Numbered from the stretch's first letter, positions 19,255-31,075 are shown. The stretch is DNA of 64,000 nt from an uncultured Gemmatimonadaceae bacterium (GCA_963822945.1 CAWGJO010000006.1:1-64000); one strand, 5' to 3'. A program made the numbers and translations. The notes: generated from the letters alone by a model not told the origin.

Positions 19255-19770
19255 GTGAAGACGATCACGGGCAGTAGACGATGGGTGGTAGCCGCCATGC
19301 TGGCAGTGGTGGGCATGGCGGCGGCGTGCAAGCAGGGGCCCACGCCGCAGCAGGTGGCGCAGCAACAGGCCGAGCGCGCGCAGGAAGTGGCGAGTTCGCC
19401 CTGTCCGGCCGACGGGTGGTGGAAGGAGTGCAGCCTGACAGCGCGGCTGCTGGCTGCGGGGATGGGCGTGCGGCTGGACAGCGCGCCGGCCAGGGACAGT
19501 GCCATTGCCAAGCCGGGGCTGCTGTACCACATCGGCCGTTCGACGCTCAAGGTGTTCCTGTTCGCCGATTCCGCGGAGCGGAAGGCGGCGGTGGCGAAGT
19601 TGGACACCACGGGGTTCATCGGGTACGAGGCCACGCAGTCGTACCCGCCCAAGACGTCGATGCTGCAGTCGGCCAACCTGCTGGCGCTGCTGGTGAGCCA
19701 GAGCGAGACGCAGCGGCAGCGGATCGGAGACGCGATCACGGCGGGGGCGCCGCAGCCGGCGAAGAAGTAG
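19255..19770 (+). CDS. Hypothetical lipoprotein
   Basis: Hydrophobic leader ending MAAAC. Confidence 0.65.
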   Translation: MKTITGSRRWVVAAMLAVVGMAAACKQGPTPQQVAQQQAERAQEVASSPCPADGWWKECSLTARLLAAGMGVRLDSAPARDSAIAKPGLLYHIGRSTLKVFLFADSAERKAAVAKLDTTGFIGYEATQSYPPKTSMLQSANLLALLVSQSETQRQRIGDAITAGAPQPAKK

Positions 19771-21959
19771 GGACGAGGAGGAGCACGGCCAGCACGCGCA
19801 CCGGACGGTCGCTGTCGCCGCGCGCGTGGAGTTGGGCGAACGTGCGGACGGCGTTGAGCCAGGCTTCGTCGGGCATACGTGCTTCTGCAAGTTCCTGAAG
19901 CACCTGCTCGGCGCCGGCGCCGAAGGCCGAGGTGGCGGCACGGCGCGCGTCCCGGGTGAGTGGGGCGTATCGGGCACGCAGGTGCCGCGGGCTTCGAGAT
20001 GCGATGCCGTCGATGCGGCGGAGCATCCGCCGGCGCGCGACGGCGGTGCCGATGGTCGCCGGCTCGAGCAGTCCGAGCGAATCGAGTTCCTCGCCCCACT
20101 CGTGCACGCGCGCCACGACCTCGTCGGCGAGGGCGGAATCGAAATCCGTTTCGCCGCCGCCGGCCGCCTCGACCGCGTCGAGAACGGAGGCCAGGTCATC
20201 GCGGGTTCGCAGCAGGTCGCCGCAGAGCAACCGTGTTTCGCCCGCGGCCTGAACGACGGCGAGGTAACCGGGTTCTGCTGCATGCGTCGCCGCCACCAGC
20301 GTCGGACCGGCAGGACGATCCGGGGTGGGCGCGAGCCAACGCTCCAACGCCTGCGTGAGCCGGCCGGCCGCCGTGAGCGCGGCCGGAGACTCGACGGCGG
20401 GGGCAGCGAAGAGGCGCGGCACGATCGCCCCCCGGATTCCGACCGCGCGCGCGGCTTCGCGCAACTTGCGGCGCAGGTGGGCTTCGAGCTGGAGCAGCTT
20501 GTTCGCGCCGGCGGGCGGCCGCATTGCGTAGACGAAGACCTCATCGTGCGGCGATCCCATACGCCGGATCCGGCCGATGCGCTGTTCGCACCGCGCGGGA
20601 GTCCACGGCAGGTCGGCATGCACCACGACGTCGGCCGCCTGCAGGTTGACTCCTTCGCTGAACAGATCGGTGGTGATGAGCGTCCGGACGCGCTGCGCCG
20701 CCGGCACCCGATCGCGGCCGCCCGGCGCGAACTGGGCCAGGAGTTCACGCCGAGTGATCCGGCCGCCGGCGACGGCGCCTCCGCGGCCGGTGAGCATGGC
20801 GACCTGGCCGTACGGAGCGAGGCGCCGGTAGAGCGCCTTCACGGTCTCGCCGAACTCGGCGAACACTACGATCTGTGAATCCGCGTGGCGGCGCATCACG
20901 TCCAGCAGCGCCTCGGCTCGGGTGTCGTCCGGATCGGGGTCCATCGCCAGGGCGTGCAGCAGCCACTCCACGCCGTCGCGGTGAAAGGTCGCTTCGTCGA
21001 TGAGCGTTGCGTCGTCCGGGATGAGCGAATCGCTGGCGATCTGCGGAAAGGCCAGTTGCAGCGCGCCCTCGGTGTAGCACCAGGCCCGCAGTTGCGCGCG
21101 TGTCGGATAGCGATCGGCGTCGAACGCCTCGAGAAGCGCTTCGCACTGCGCCAGCCGCCGGCGGAGCGCCGACGCGAACGCGGCGCGGCTCGAACCCCAT
21201 TGCCGGACGAGGGAGAGTGTGAGCAGAGCGCCGCCGTCTCCGCCGTCTTCCACCGGCACCGGAGGGGGCAACTCGAGAATCTCGTCGAGAATGCGCTCGT
21301 CGGCCCGGATGTCCAGCCACTTCAGGCCGGCCACGCGTGGGAGCACGGTACCGCGCTCGCCAGGGTCGACGTTGTCCGCCTCGCGCTTCACCACGCATGC
21401 TGCCAGACCGTCGGCGTCCAGGGCGCTCGCACGGCGCCCGAGAAAGAGCGCGAGTTGGGCGCGGAGGTCGTCGAGGCGATTGTGAACGGGCGTGGCCGAG
21501 AGGAGCAGCACCGGCACGCGCGCGCAGAGTCGCGCTAGCGCGCGGTAGCGGCGCGTGGACGGGTTGCGAACGTGATGCGATTCATCCGCGATCACGAAGT
21601 CCGCGTCGAAGTTGAGCGCGCGTCCGCGGCTGAGCGCCTCGTACGATATGAACGTCGCCCCCATCCCGGCCCTGGCCAGCGCGTCGGTCCACATCCCGCG
21701 CAGGGCCGCGGGCGCCACGACGAGCAGGCGTTCCGCGTGTCGGGCCGCGGCGAGCGACGTGTAGGTCTTTCCGAACCCCACCGGATCCGCCAACATCGCG
21801 CCGCCGTATCTCGCCACGAGTTCGCGCAGGCGAGCGCCGGCCGCCCGCTGGTACGGGCGCAGCACGATGGTACCGAGCGTGTCGCGTCCCCGGGCGCCGA
21901 GCCACGCGCGCGCGATGGCCGCGCGCACGCATGTCCGCATTGCCGCGCGTCCAGTTCAT
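19736..21959 (-). CDS. SNF2-family (SF2) helicase/ATPase (probable frameshift near start)
   Basis: ADPVGFGKT, IADESH, LSATP, TTDLFSEGVNLQ, DLPWTPARCEQRIGRIRR; ATG 21959 overlaps the MTase stop (ATGA). Confidence 0.88.
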
Positions 21960-24900
21960 CGGGTGCTCCACCGAAGCAGCGGCGCCAATTGCCGCCGATC
22001 GATGCCGAATGCCTCGAGCACGCTCTCGAGAAGTTGCGCGTCGGGAATCGGGACCGGCGGGTCATGGCCCTCGAACCGCGTCACCAGCGGGGCGAGCGTT
22101 CGACGCGCGCGGTCCCAATCGGCGGGAAGGGGAAGGCGCGCCATGGTCCAACCGAGGTAACGTCGGAAGCCACCTCTTGCGGGCTCGGCGAGCACGTGCG
22201 ACCACGCGGCCGCCACGGGCGAGTTGAGGATCGCGGCGAGAGTACGCGCGTCGTCCGCGTCCGCGCAGCGAATGACGTAGCAGGTGTTCATCGGCACGGT
22301 CGGGTCGCCGGCCGGCAGGACGAGCGCCCGCGGCCGCCGCCCGAAGTCGGCCCAGACGACGCGCGGGACATCGGAGCGAGCGCCGTCCGTGCGGAAGAGC
22401 GTCCACCAGGGGCACTTGCCGTGCGCATCGGTACGCGCGGCCAGACGATGCCGGTAGCGCGAGAGCCACCGTCGGGTGCGGGGCGGCAACTCCCGAAGCG
22501 CTACTCCGCGTTCGTCGCACGGCCAGACGATGCGCTCGCGATCACCGGTGCTCACCCAGGGCCGAAGAGTCTCCCCGCGAACGACCGGCCGAAGGTGGCG
22601 GCACTCGAGTTCGCCGGTCTTGCCCCCGGCGGCGCGAACCGTCGCGACCCCGCCGCGCGCGTCGAGCAACTCGACCACGAACGCGTCGTTGCACCCGCTC
22701 TTCACGCCGAGCAGCGGGCGGCCGACGGGTCCGTCGGCGAGCGGGACGCCGATGCGTGTCAGGCGATCGAACGCAGCACGCACCGCCGGCGGGAGCAGCA
22801 GCCACGGGCTTCCGGCGGTGTCGTCGAGCGTGAGTCCGCTCGGCGGGAGGTGCCATGCCTCCCGCGTCCCGTGCCGGTGCACGGCGATCGCGATCGGTTG
22901 GCGGACGGCGTCGCCGATTGCCGGCGGTTTGCGGGCGACGAGCAGGGACGGGTAGACGGCCGCGTCGAAGAGAGCGGGGGCGTCAGAGTAGTCCTCGACG
23001 CGCACCACCCGCGCATGCTCGTCCACGAGACGCCGCACTCCGCCGCCGGCGAGCGACCGCCAGAGCTTGGCGGGAAGGAGCAGGGCGAGCGTTCCGCCGT
23101 TGGCAAGCAGCGCGACGCTGCGCTCGACGAACAACGCCGCGAGGTCGACCTGGCCGGCGAACCCCGCCGACGCGTGCGCCGCGGCGGCCCCGGGCTCCCA
23201 CTGCGCGCGGCGGAAGACGAAGTAGTCGGCCTGGAGCCGCGCGCGTTCTCTCGCCGGAATGCGGTGCAGCCGCACCCACGGCGGGTTGCCGATCACGACG
23301 TCGAATCCTCCCCGGTCGCCGATGTCTGCGAAGTGCACGGGAAAGGAGAAGGGGAGCGCGCCGCCGTCGGCCAGTCGGCGATGCTCGCGCTGCAGCACCA
23401 CCACACGGCGTCGGAGCGATGTCAGATCCCGGCGGTCAGCGGCCGTGAGGCGATGCCGCTCGCCGAACAGATCGCGCCCACGGTGCGCCAGCACCGCTTC
23501 ACGACGGGCGTGCCGCGCGGCGGTCAACTCGCGCTCCAGCAGACTCAACGCTCGTGATCGCTCCCGGCGATCGAGCGTCCGGCCGAGCGTCGACTTGCGG
23601 GCGCCCGTGGCTCGCGCGTAGCGGCGGTGGAGGAGTGCGAGCTTGGACGAGCCCGCGGCGTGTGGTCCGTCAGCCGCTCCGAAGCCGGGACCGGAGAGCG
23701 AGTCGCCGACGCGTACGTTGCGATCGAGATTCGGGAGCGGAGCGACGGCTAGCGGATCGGCGACGTCGCACTCGATAACCACGGCGAGCCAGAGCCGGAG
23801 TTCGCACAGCCAGACGGCCGTCGGGTTCCGGTCGACGCCGAACAGCGATGCGGTCAATACGTCCCGGCGCACCGCGCTCACGGGTCGCCGGTCGCCGAGC
23901 ACGATCCGGAGATCGGCAAGGCGGTGCAACGCGTGCACGAGAAAGGCCCCTGAGCCGCACGCCGGGTCGAGCAGGGTGGCGCGCGCGAGACGCCGGCGGA
24001 ACTCCTCGTGATCAGCGACCGGCGGCGCGCCCTCTACGAGCAGGCGAGCGGCGTCGGACTCCGATAATCCGGTCGCGACGAGCAACTGCTCGAGCGCCTG
24101 ATCGGTGACGCGTTCGACGAGGCGCTGTGGGGTGAAGAATGCGCCGCTGTCTCGGCGGTCGTGCGATGCCATGAGCGATTCGAACGCTCGGCCGAGCATC
24201 TCCGGATCGACGGCGGCGTCGCTCCACGTGGTCGAATCCTCACGCGCCGTGAAGCGGTATCGGGAGAACAGATCGCCGACGATTGCGCCGAGGGCCCGGT
24301 CGGCAAAGACGAGGTCGCGGTTGCGTCGTTCGACCGGCGTGGGCGCGAAGAGGCCGCCGTTCAGGAACGGGATGCGGCCGAGGGCGCGGGCGGTCGGGGC
24401 GCGCCGGGCCAGCGGTGTGTTGAGCGTGCCGAAGAAGAGCGGGCGAAGCACGCGTGCGTGAAACCGCCCGCCCGCTGCCGCGCAGGCATCGAAGCTCTCG
24501 ATGAGGTACGTGCGGCGGCCGTCGAGCCACCCCTTGGCTTCGAGGAACGCGAGAAAGAGGAGGCGCGAGGTGTAGAGGAGGGCGAGCGTGCGCCGGTCGT
24601 CGGGCGGGCAGCGTCCCGGTGCCGACGTTGCGAGATCGGTCACTCGCCGCTCGAGTTCGCGGTAGAACCGCCGGCAGAGCGCGTCGCGGCCCAGGACCTC
24701 AGTCCATCGGAGGTGCTGGAGACCGGCATCCGTGTTCGCGCCCGATTGAAGGGCGCAGATCGTCTCGGCGTCGCTGACGCGCACCTGCCGGCGATCGACG
24801 AGCAGCGATCGGACGCGCGGGGGACGGCGGTCACCGCTCCAGGCGGCGAGCGCAAGGGACGCGTCGCGGTTGTCGGCCAGGGCGACCAGGCACAGCAGGT

Positions 24901-25174
24901 GAGGCGCGTGCGATTGCAGGCGCGCGGCGATACGGGGAAGCTGTTCGCGGAGCGGGGGGCCGGCCCCGATCACCCCCGCGAGCGCGCATCCGCCGTTGCC
25001 CACGGGAATGAATGTCAGATCGCGGAATGACTCGGTAAGGCCGATCGCCGAGCGGCGACCCGCGTCGAGTGGTCGGGCGACTCCGTCGATCCCGACCGAC
25101 GCCAGCAGCGTGGCGATCGCGTGCGGAGAATCCGCGGCGGCCAGGAGGGCGGCCGCGGTACGGGGGGAGAGCAC
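21956..25174 (-). CDS. Large N6-adenine DNA methyltransferase (type IIG/Eco57I-like architecture), 1072 aa
   Basis: IPFLNGGLF, DPEMLGRAFE, GAFFTP, LDPACGSGAFL, FDVVIGNPPW; TaqI-like C-terminal recognition region. Confidence 0.9.
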   Translation of the reverse strand: MLSPRTAAALLAAADSPHAIATLLASVGIDGVARPLDAGRRSAIGLTESFRDLTFIPVGNGGCALAGVIGAGPPLREQLPRIAARLQSHAPHLLCLVALADNRDASLALAAWSGDRRPPRVRSLLVDRRQVRVSDAETICALQSGANTDAGLQHLRWTEVLGRDALCRRFYRELERRVTDLATSAPGRCPPDDRRTLALLYTSRLLFLAFLEAKGWLDGRRTYLIESFDACAAAGGRFHARVLRPLFFGTLNTPLARRAPTARALGRIPFLNGGLFAPTPVERRNRDLVFADRALGAIVGDLFSRYRFTAREDSTTWSDAAVDPEMLGRAFESLMASHDRRDSGAFFTPQRLVERVTDQALEQLLVATGLSESDAARLLVEGAPPVADHEEFRRRLARATLLDPACGSGAFLVHALHRLADLRIVLGDRRPVSAVRRDVLTASLFGVDRNPTAVWLCELRLWLAVVIECDVADPLAVAPLPNLDRNVRVGDSLSGPGFGAADGPHAAGSSKLALLHRRYARATGARKSTLGRTLDRRERSRALSLLERELTAARHARREAVLAHRGRDLFGERHRLTAADRRDLTSLRRRVVVLQREHRRLADGGALPFSFPVHFADIGDRGGFDVVIGNPPWVRLHRIPARERARLQADYFVFRRAQWEPGAAAAHASAGFAGQVDLAALFVERSVALLANGGTLALLLPAKLWRSLAGGGVRRLVDEHARVVRVEDYSDAPALFDAAVYPSLLVARKPPAIGDAVRQPIAIAVHRHGTREAWHLPPSGLTLDDTAGSPWLLLPPAVRAAFDRLTRIGVPLADGPVGRPLLGVKSGCNDAFVVELLDARGGVATVRAAGGKTGELECRHLRPVVRGETLRPWVSTGDRERIVWPCDERGVALRELPPRTRRWLSRYRHRLAARTDAHGKCPWWTLFRTDGARSDVPRVVWADFGRRPRALVLPAGDPTVPMNTCYVIRCADADDARTLAAILNSPVAAAWSHVLAEPARGGFRRYLGWTMARLPLPADWDRARRTLAPLVTRFEGHDPPVPIPDAQLLESVLEAFGIDRRQLAPLLRWSTR

Positions 25175-25250
25175 GCGAGCACGCTACCTCGCCCCGCCAA
25201 CCGCACCGCCATCACCGCACTGCGAACCGGCTCAATTCACGCCGTCAACC

Positions 25251-27370
25251 CTACGGCAACCGCTCCGCCGTGAACGAGACGATCACCGTCCGCGGCATCC
25301 CCGGCTCGTACGCCGCCGGCTGCACCGTTCACCAGATCGGGGTTCAGGAACGCCGATCCGATGTACCGCGTGTCGGCCAGGTTCTGCACCGACACGAATC
25401 CGCGGATCCCCACGCCGCCGGCGCTCAGCAGCGGCCGCCGCCACTCCAGCGTGAAGTTGAGAATGCTGTGCCCCGCCACCCGCACCAGGTTGGCGTCGTC
25501 GGCAAAGTACCCGCTCGCATGCTCCAGCCCCAGCTTCACCCGCGGCGCGTATGCACCGCTGAACTGCGTGCCCACCTCCACGTTGGCCATCAGGTCGGGC
25601 ACGCCCATCACCTTGTGCCCGCTGAAGTCGGCCGTGGCGCCGGGGCTGCCCAGATACGTGCTGTCCACCACGTAGTCCAGATACCGGTTGCGCGACCAGG
25701 TGAACGCGGCGTTGGCGAACACGCCGCGCGGCCCCTGCGCGGTGAGCCCCAACTCCGCCCCGCTGCGCCGCCCGCGCGCCGCCGTGAGATAGAACCGGCC
25801 GCCGTTGTAGGGGATGATCTCGTTGGACACCTCGATGTCGTACAGCGCCAGGTCCGACGAGATCCAGAACGCCGCCGCCTGCAGCCCCACCGTCTTGTAA
25901 CCCACCTCGTAGCTGGTGGAACGAATGGGGTCGAGCAGCGGGTTGATGCCCACGGGCGGCATTCCCGGCCCCACATCGGTCTCGTTGCCCGCCGGCACCT
26001 CGATGCCCCCGCCCACGTTGGCATACGCGTTGGACGTGGCCGAGGTGCGCCAGCTCAGCCCCAGCTTGGGCGTCACGTGCGTGAACGCGCGGCTGTCGTT
26101 GAGCGACGGGTCGATGTAGCTGTGCGCGTAGTACGTCACGTTGTCGAAGCGCGCGCCGGCGGACAGGGTCACACGGTCGCCGAGCGGGAACTCGCCCTGC
26201 GCGAAGGCGCCCAGATTGTTGGCGCCCTCGCCCTTGTTGTCGCGCAGATCGGGGCCCCGCTGGCCGTCCACCAGCGAGTAGAAGAGAATCGCCCCGTCCT
26301 GAAACGCCTCGTCGGCGCCCGCCGTGACGCGCAACTCGCGCCCCGACGGCAGCACGAAGCTGTGCCGGCCCACCACGTTGCCCCCCACGTGGTAGCGCGT
26401 GAAGTCGCGGTAGGTGCCGCGCTCGGAACGCTGCAGGTACTTGGGACTCACGAACACCATTCCCGACAGCGACGTCGCCGAGTCCACCTGGTGTTCCACC
26501 GTGGCCCCCAGCCGCGCGATGCGGTTGTACCGGCGCTCGTCGCGCGAGGCGTACGTGGCGTTGGCCTGCCGCGGATCGGCCGTCACCTCGGCCATGGTGA
26601 GCGGCCCCGGAATGCGGAACAGGTTGTTGGCGCCGGACGCGTACACGCCCAGCCGCGTGCGCGTCGCCCATCATCCCCACCACGCCCGCGTTCACCAGCG
26701 AGCGCCGCGCCCCCGAGTGGTCGCGCCAGCCGTCGAACGACGTGTTGGTGAAGTTCACGTACGCCATGCCGCTGCCGGTGGGCGCCGACAGGCGCGTGGA
26801 ATAGCGGGCCAGTCCGTAGCCGCCGAACATCGGCTGGAAGTCGAACGCCGGCGCGCTGCCCGTGGGCACGGTGCGCACGTTGATCACGCCGCCGGCCGCG
26901 TTGCCCCACACCGCCGACGCGTTGGACCGGATCACCTCCACGCCCTCGGCGGCGGCGAGGTCGATCTGGTCGAACGCCGTGCGCCCGTCGGGCTCGGTTT
27001 CCGGAAAGCCGTCCACGAGCACGCGCACGCCGCGCGACGTGCCGGCGTTGGAGCGGTCGCCGGCGCCGCGGGCGCCGAAGCCGCGGATCACCAGCCGCAC
27101 GTCGCTGGTGCCGTAGCGCGACTGGGCCACCACGCCCGGCACCATGGTGAGCGCCTCGTCCAGCCCGAAGCCGCGCAGCGAGCGGAGCTCGAGCGCGGGG
27201 ATGCTGGTGACGGCCAGCGGCGTGGTGAGAATCAGCGAGGGGGCGCGGGTGGCGGTGACGGTCACGCCGCGCAGGGCGACGGCGCTGTCGCGCGTGCCGG
27301 CATTCTGCGCCAGCGCAGGAGGGGCGAGCAGGACGCCGAGCACGGCGACGGCAACGACACGGGTACGCAT
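25251..27370 (-). CDS. TonB-dependent receptor (frameshifts ~26660 and ~25310)
   Basis: Signal peptide, VTVTATR, plug IRGFG...VLVDG...VEVIRSNASAVWGNAAGGVIN; barrel ending VQNLADTRY...PGMPRTV. Confidence 0.88.
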
Positions 27371-27448
27371 GAGTGGGATGGGTGGATGTTGGGGGACATG
27401 CCCATTCGACGGCGATGCGGTGCTGTGTCCGAACCCTAACCGGTGGAC

Positions 27449-28603
27449 CTACTCCACGCTGTAGGACCTTCCCTTCCATTCCAGGCGCCGCCCGCGGGCC
27501 AGGGCGATGACCGCGATGTAGAGCACCGCCAGCAGGCCGAGCGGATAGGCGAAGGCGTACCAGACGGGGAGCTTCAGAAAGGCGTAGCCCGCCCCCCAGA
27601 ACGCCACGGCGAACCCCACGGTGACCACCGCCCAGAGCAGCGCGGCCGGCGAGGTGAGCCCGGCGAGTCCGGCAAGGAGCACCACGGGCGGGGCCAGCGC
27701 CACGAGCGGAGCCCCGAGCAGGGCCAGCGGAAAGAGTGCCCGCGACAGGCGGTCCGGCATCGCGTCGCGCCCGCCCACGTACACGTTCTTCTGCCATCCG
27801 CGCACGATCTCGTCCAGCGACGTGTACATGCGCGTGCTGAGCTGGTCGAGCCCCGCCACGAGCGCCAACCGGCGTCCCTGTCGGACGAAGCGCTGCGCCA
27901 GCGCCAGATCCTCCGCTACCTTGTCGCGCACCGCCTCGTGTCCGCCGCTGGCGTCGTACGCCGCGCGCGTGACGAAGATGCACTGGCCGTTGGCGATCGC
28001 GTCGGCGGGGCGGCGGGCGTTGCTCACCCGCTCAGTGCCGCCGTAGCGCGCCACCAGCAGCCCGAACATCTGCGGCTGCACCACGCGCTCCCAGAAGGTG
28101 CCCAGTTCCTGGGCGCCGGCCACGGTGAGCAGATCGGCGCCGCGCGCCCGCATGGCGTTCACGCTCCGGGCCACGAGATCGGGTGCGTGCACGGTGTCGG
28201 CATCGGTGAAGAGCAGGACGTCGCCCGTGGCCACGGCGGCGCCCGCCGCGCACGCCCACTGCTTGCCGAACCAGCCGTCGGGGAGCGGCTCCGGCGTGAT
28301 CACGCGCACCCTCGGGTCGTCGAGGGCGATCGCCCGCGCCAGCCCGCCGGTCTCGTCGGTGCTGTGGTCGTCCACCACGATCACCTCCAGGTCCGGGTGG
28401 TTGCTCGCGAGCACCGAGCGCAGGCAGCGCTCGATGTTCCGCGCCTCGTTGCGAGCGGGAATGACCACCGACACGCGCGGCACCGGAGGCGGCACGACGT
28501 CCGACCAGTCGTCCAGCGACCGCGAGTTCCGGGCCCGCAGCACGACGACCAGCGGCGCCAGCACCCAGGGCAGGGCGGCGAGGAGGGCGACGGGAACGGT
28601 CAC
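27449..28603 (-). CDS. Glycosyltransferase family 2 (CrtQ/HpnB-like)
   Basis: VSVVIPARNE, VDDHSTD, GWFGKQWAC, FTDAD, ANGQC, VAEDL. Confidence 0.9.
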   Translation of the reverse strand: MTVPVALLAALPWVLAPLVVVLRARNSRSLDDWSDVVPPPVPRVSVVIPARNEARNIERCLRSVLASNHPDLEVIVVDDHSTDETGGLARAIALDDPRVRVITPEPLPDGWFGKQWACAAGAAVATGDVLLFTDADTVHAPDLVARSVNAMRARGADLLTVAGAQELGTFWERVVQPQMFGLLVARYGGTERVSNARRPADAIANGQCIFVTRAAYDASGGHEAVRDKVAEDLALAQRFVRQGRRLALVAGLDQLSTRMYTSLDEIVRGWQKNVYVGGRDAMPDRLSRALFPLALLGAPLVALAPPVVLLAGLAGLTSPAALLWAVVTVGFAVAFWGAGYAFLKLPVWYAFAYPLGLLAVLYIAVIALARGRRLEWKGRSYSVE

Positions 28604-28743
28604 GACGGGGAAGGGGCCGGAGAGCGGTGCACGAACGAAACCTCCACCGGTGATCCGCCACAGGGAAGGGCCGCGGCGCGTTGACCGCGCCCGGGGAACC
28701 GTCTACGTTCGTGCGCCATGCACGTGCCCGCCGCCCGCTCCGC

Positions 28744-29645
28744 ATGAAGCGCCCGCCGCCGCTGGGCACGGGCGCGCGCGTGGCGCTGCTCGCGCCGGCC
28801 GGCCCGCTCGCCGGCCCCGACGACCTGGCGCGCGCCGAGGCGAACTGCCGCGCCATGGGATGGGAGCCCGTGCCCGGCAAGGCGGTGCTGGCCCGCGACG
28901 GCTACCTGGCGGGCACCGATCAGGAGCGGCTGGACGACTTCAACGCCGCGCTGCGCGACGACGCGATCGACGGCATCTGGTGCGTGCGCGGCGGCTACGG
29001 CGCCATGCGGCTGCTGGAGGGCATCCAGTACGACGTGTTGCGCCGCCATCCGCAAGACGCTCATGGGCTACTCGGACATCACGGCGCTGCACGCCGCCAT
29101 CGGCATGCGCTGCAACCTGGTGACCTACCACGCCCCGGTGGCGCGCGCCGAGCTGACCCCGTTCTCGCGCGATTCGCTGGAGCGCGCGGTGGTGCAGCGG
29201 GTGGATCCGTGCGGCGCGGCGCCCGACGCGCGGACGCTGCGCGGGGGACGGGCGCAGGGGCGGCTCGTGGGCGGGAACCTGGCCCTGCTCGCGGCGCTGG
29301 CCGGCACGGCGTTCGCCCCCGACTACGAGAACGCGATCGTCGTGCTCGAGGACGTGAACGAGGACGTGTACCGCGTGGAGCGCATGCTCCTCACGCTGCG
29401 GTTGGGCGACGCCTTTGCCACCTGCACCGGGCTCGTGTTCGGCGCCTTCACCAACACGCCCGAGCACCGTCCCGACCACGGCGGCTCGCGCTCGCTGGCC
29501 GCCGTGCTGCAGGAGCTGGCCGATCTGCTGCGCGTGCCCTGTCTGTCGGGTGTTCCCGTGGGCCACATCGACGACCAGTGGACGCGTGCCGCTCGGCATG
29601 CACGCGCGGTTGGATGCCGACGAGCGCACGCTGTCGGTGGGCTAG
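28744..29645 (+). CDS. ldcA: LD-carboxypeptidase, peptidase S66 (frameshifts ~29050 and ~29585)
   Basis: RGGYGAMRLL, GYSDIT, GGNLALL, LEDVNE, VGH. Confidence 0.9.
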
Positions 29646-29700
29646 TCTTACCCGCCGCGGCGGCCGCGATTAGGTTGCGGTCATCCCTCCACATTCGCTC

Positions 29701-30057
29701 ATGAAAACCGGTCAGGCACTTCTCGACGAAGTCAAATCGCGGATTCAGGAAACGTCCGTGGCGAGCGCGCTGGACAGCTACCGGCGGCGCGAGCACATCG
29801 TGTTCCTGGACGTACGCGACCCAAACGAGACCGGGCTCGGCCGCATTCCGGGCGCCCTGGTGATCTCGCGCGGGAATCTCGAATCGAAAGTCGAGGCGGT
29901 GCTGCCGCGCGACGCGATGGTGATCGTCTACTGCACCAACGGCAACCGCTCTGCGTTCGCGGCCGATACGCTGGAGCAGATGGGCTACCGGAACGTCACC
30001 TCGCTGCGCGAGGGGTATCGCGGCTGGCTGGACGCCGGCGGCGATGTGGAGGATTGA
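29701..30057 (+). CDS. Rhodanese-like domain protein
   Basis: LDVRDPNE, GRIPGA, YCTNGNRS. Confidence 0.9.
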   Translation: MKTGQALLDEVKSRIQETSVASALDSYRRREHIVFLDVRDPNETGLGRIPGALVISRGNLESKVEAVLPRDAMVIVYCTNGNRSAFAADTLEQMGYRNVTSLREGYRGWLDAGGDVED

Positions 30058-30075
30058 CGGCTGGCAGGCAATGAG

Positions 30076-30690
30076 ATGACGCCGCTCGACGAACTGCTGC
30101 ACCACCCCGAAGTCGCGCGAATCACACGAGCACTGGCGGCCCGTCCGGGGCGGATCGTCCATCCCGACGTGCCGGTTCGCTACGCCGCCACGGCCGCGAC
30201 GCTGCGCATGGGTGCGGCGGGCCCCGAACTGCTGCTGATCCGGCGTGCCGAGGTGGAGCGCGACCCGTGGAGCGGGCACGTGGCGATGCCGGGGGGGCGC
30301 ATGGACGCGGGCGATCCGGACCTCGCGGCCACCGCCATCCGCGAGACGCGCGAGGAAACGGGGATCGACCTCGCCGCGGCCGGGCGAATGCTCGGCACGC
30401 TCGACGAGATCCATCCCCGCACACCCTCGCTGCCCCTGATCGTCGTGCGCCCCTACGTGGCGGCCGTGGCCGGCAATACCTCGGTGACGCCCAACCGGGA
30501 GATCGCCGGATACACGTGGGTTCCCTTCGCCGCCTTTCTCGACGAACGCAACTGGGGCACGGCGCCGATCGCCGTGCGGACCCTGGGCACCCAGGAGCGC
30601 CCGGTGTTCCGCTACGACGGCTACCAGGTGTGGGGGATGACCGAGTACATGCTGCGGCAGCTCGTGACGCGCTACCGGCAAACCGACTGA
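30076..30690 (+). CDS. Nudix hydrolase, CoA pyrophosphatase family
   Basis: WSGHVAMPGG...AIRETREETG; VWGMT. Confidence 0.9.
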   Translation: MTPLDELLHHPEVARITRALAARPGRIVHPDVPVRYAATAATLRMGAAGPELLLIRRAEVERDPWSGHVAMPGGRMDAGDPDLAATAIRETREETGIDLAAAGRMLGTLDEIHPRTPSLPLIVVRPYVAAVAGNTSVTPNREIAGYTWVPFAAFLDERNWGTAPIAVRTLGTQERPVFRYDGYQVWGMTEYMLRQLVTRYRQTD

Positions 30691-30697
30691 GCCACCG

Positions 30698-31075
30698 CTA
30701 CGGGCGCGGCTTCACCGCCATGATCGCCATGGTGTTGCCGTCGGGATCCTTGAAGAAGGTCATCCAGAGGTCGCCGTTGGGCATCGGCGCCACCAGGTGC
30801 GGCTGGTCGATGAACTCCACCCCGCGCTCCCGCATCTCCGCGTACGCTGCCTCCACGTCGGGGACGTCGAAGTAGAGGATCGACCCCGGGTGGTCGAACT
30901 CCGGCTCGGCGCCGGCGTCCAGCATGAGCCGCGTGCCGCCGGCGTCGAAGAAGGCGAGGCTGGGCGGGGCGGCAAAGAGGAACTTCATGCCGAGGGCGTC
31001 GCGGTAGAACGCGGTGGCGCGGTCGATGTCGTGGACGACGACGGCGATCTGGCCGATGTGGGAGAGGTGGGTCAC
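30698..31075 (-). CDS. VOC/glyoxalase family protein
   Basis: IGQIAVVVHDIDRATAFYRDALG; FFKDPDGN. Confidence 0.9.
   Translation of the reverse strand: MTHLSHIGQIAVVVHDIDRATAFYRDALGMKFLFAAPPSLAFFDAGGTRLMLDAGAEPEFDHPGSILYFDVPDVEAAYAEMRERGVEFIDQPHLVAPMPNGDLWMTFFKDPDGNTMAIMAVKPRP

Noticed and set aside
19736..25174. Complete DISARM or BREX system
   Set aside because: No drmA/B/C, pglZ or brxC genes adjacent; only the two-gene module is supported.
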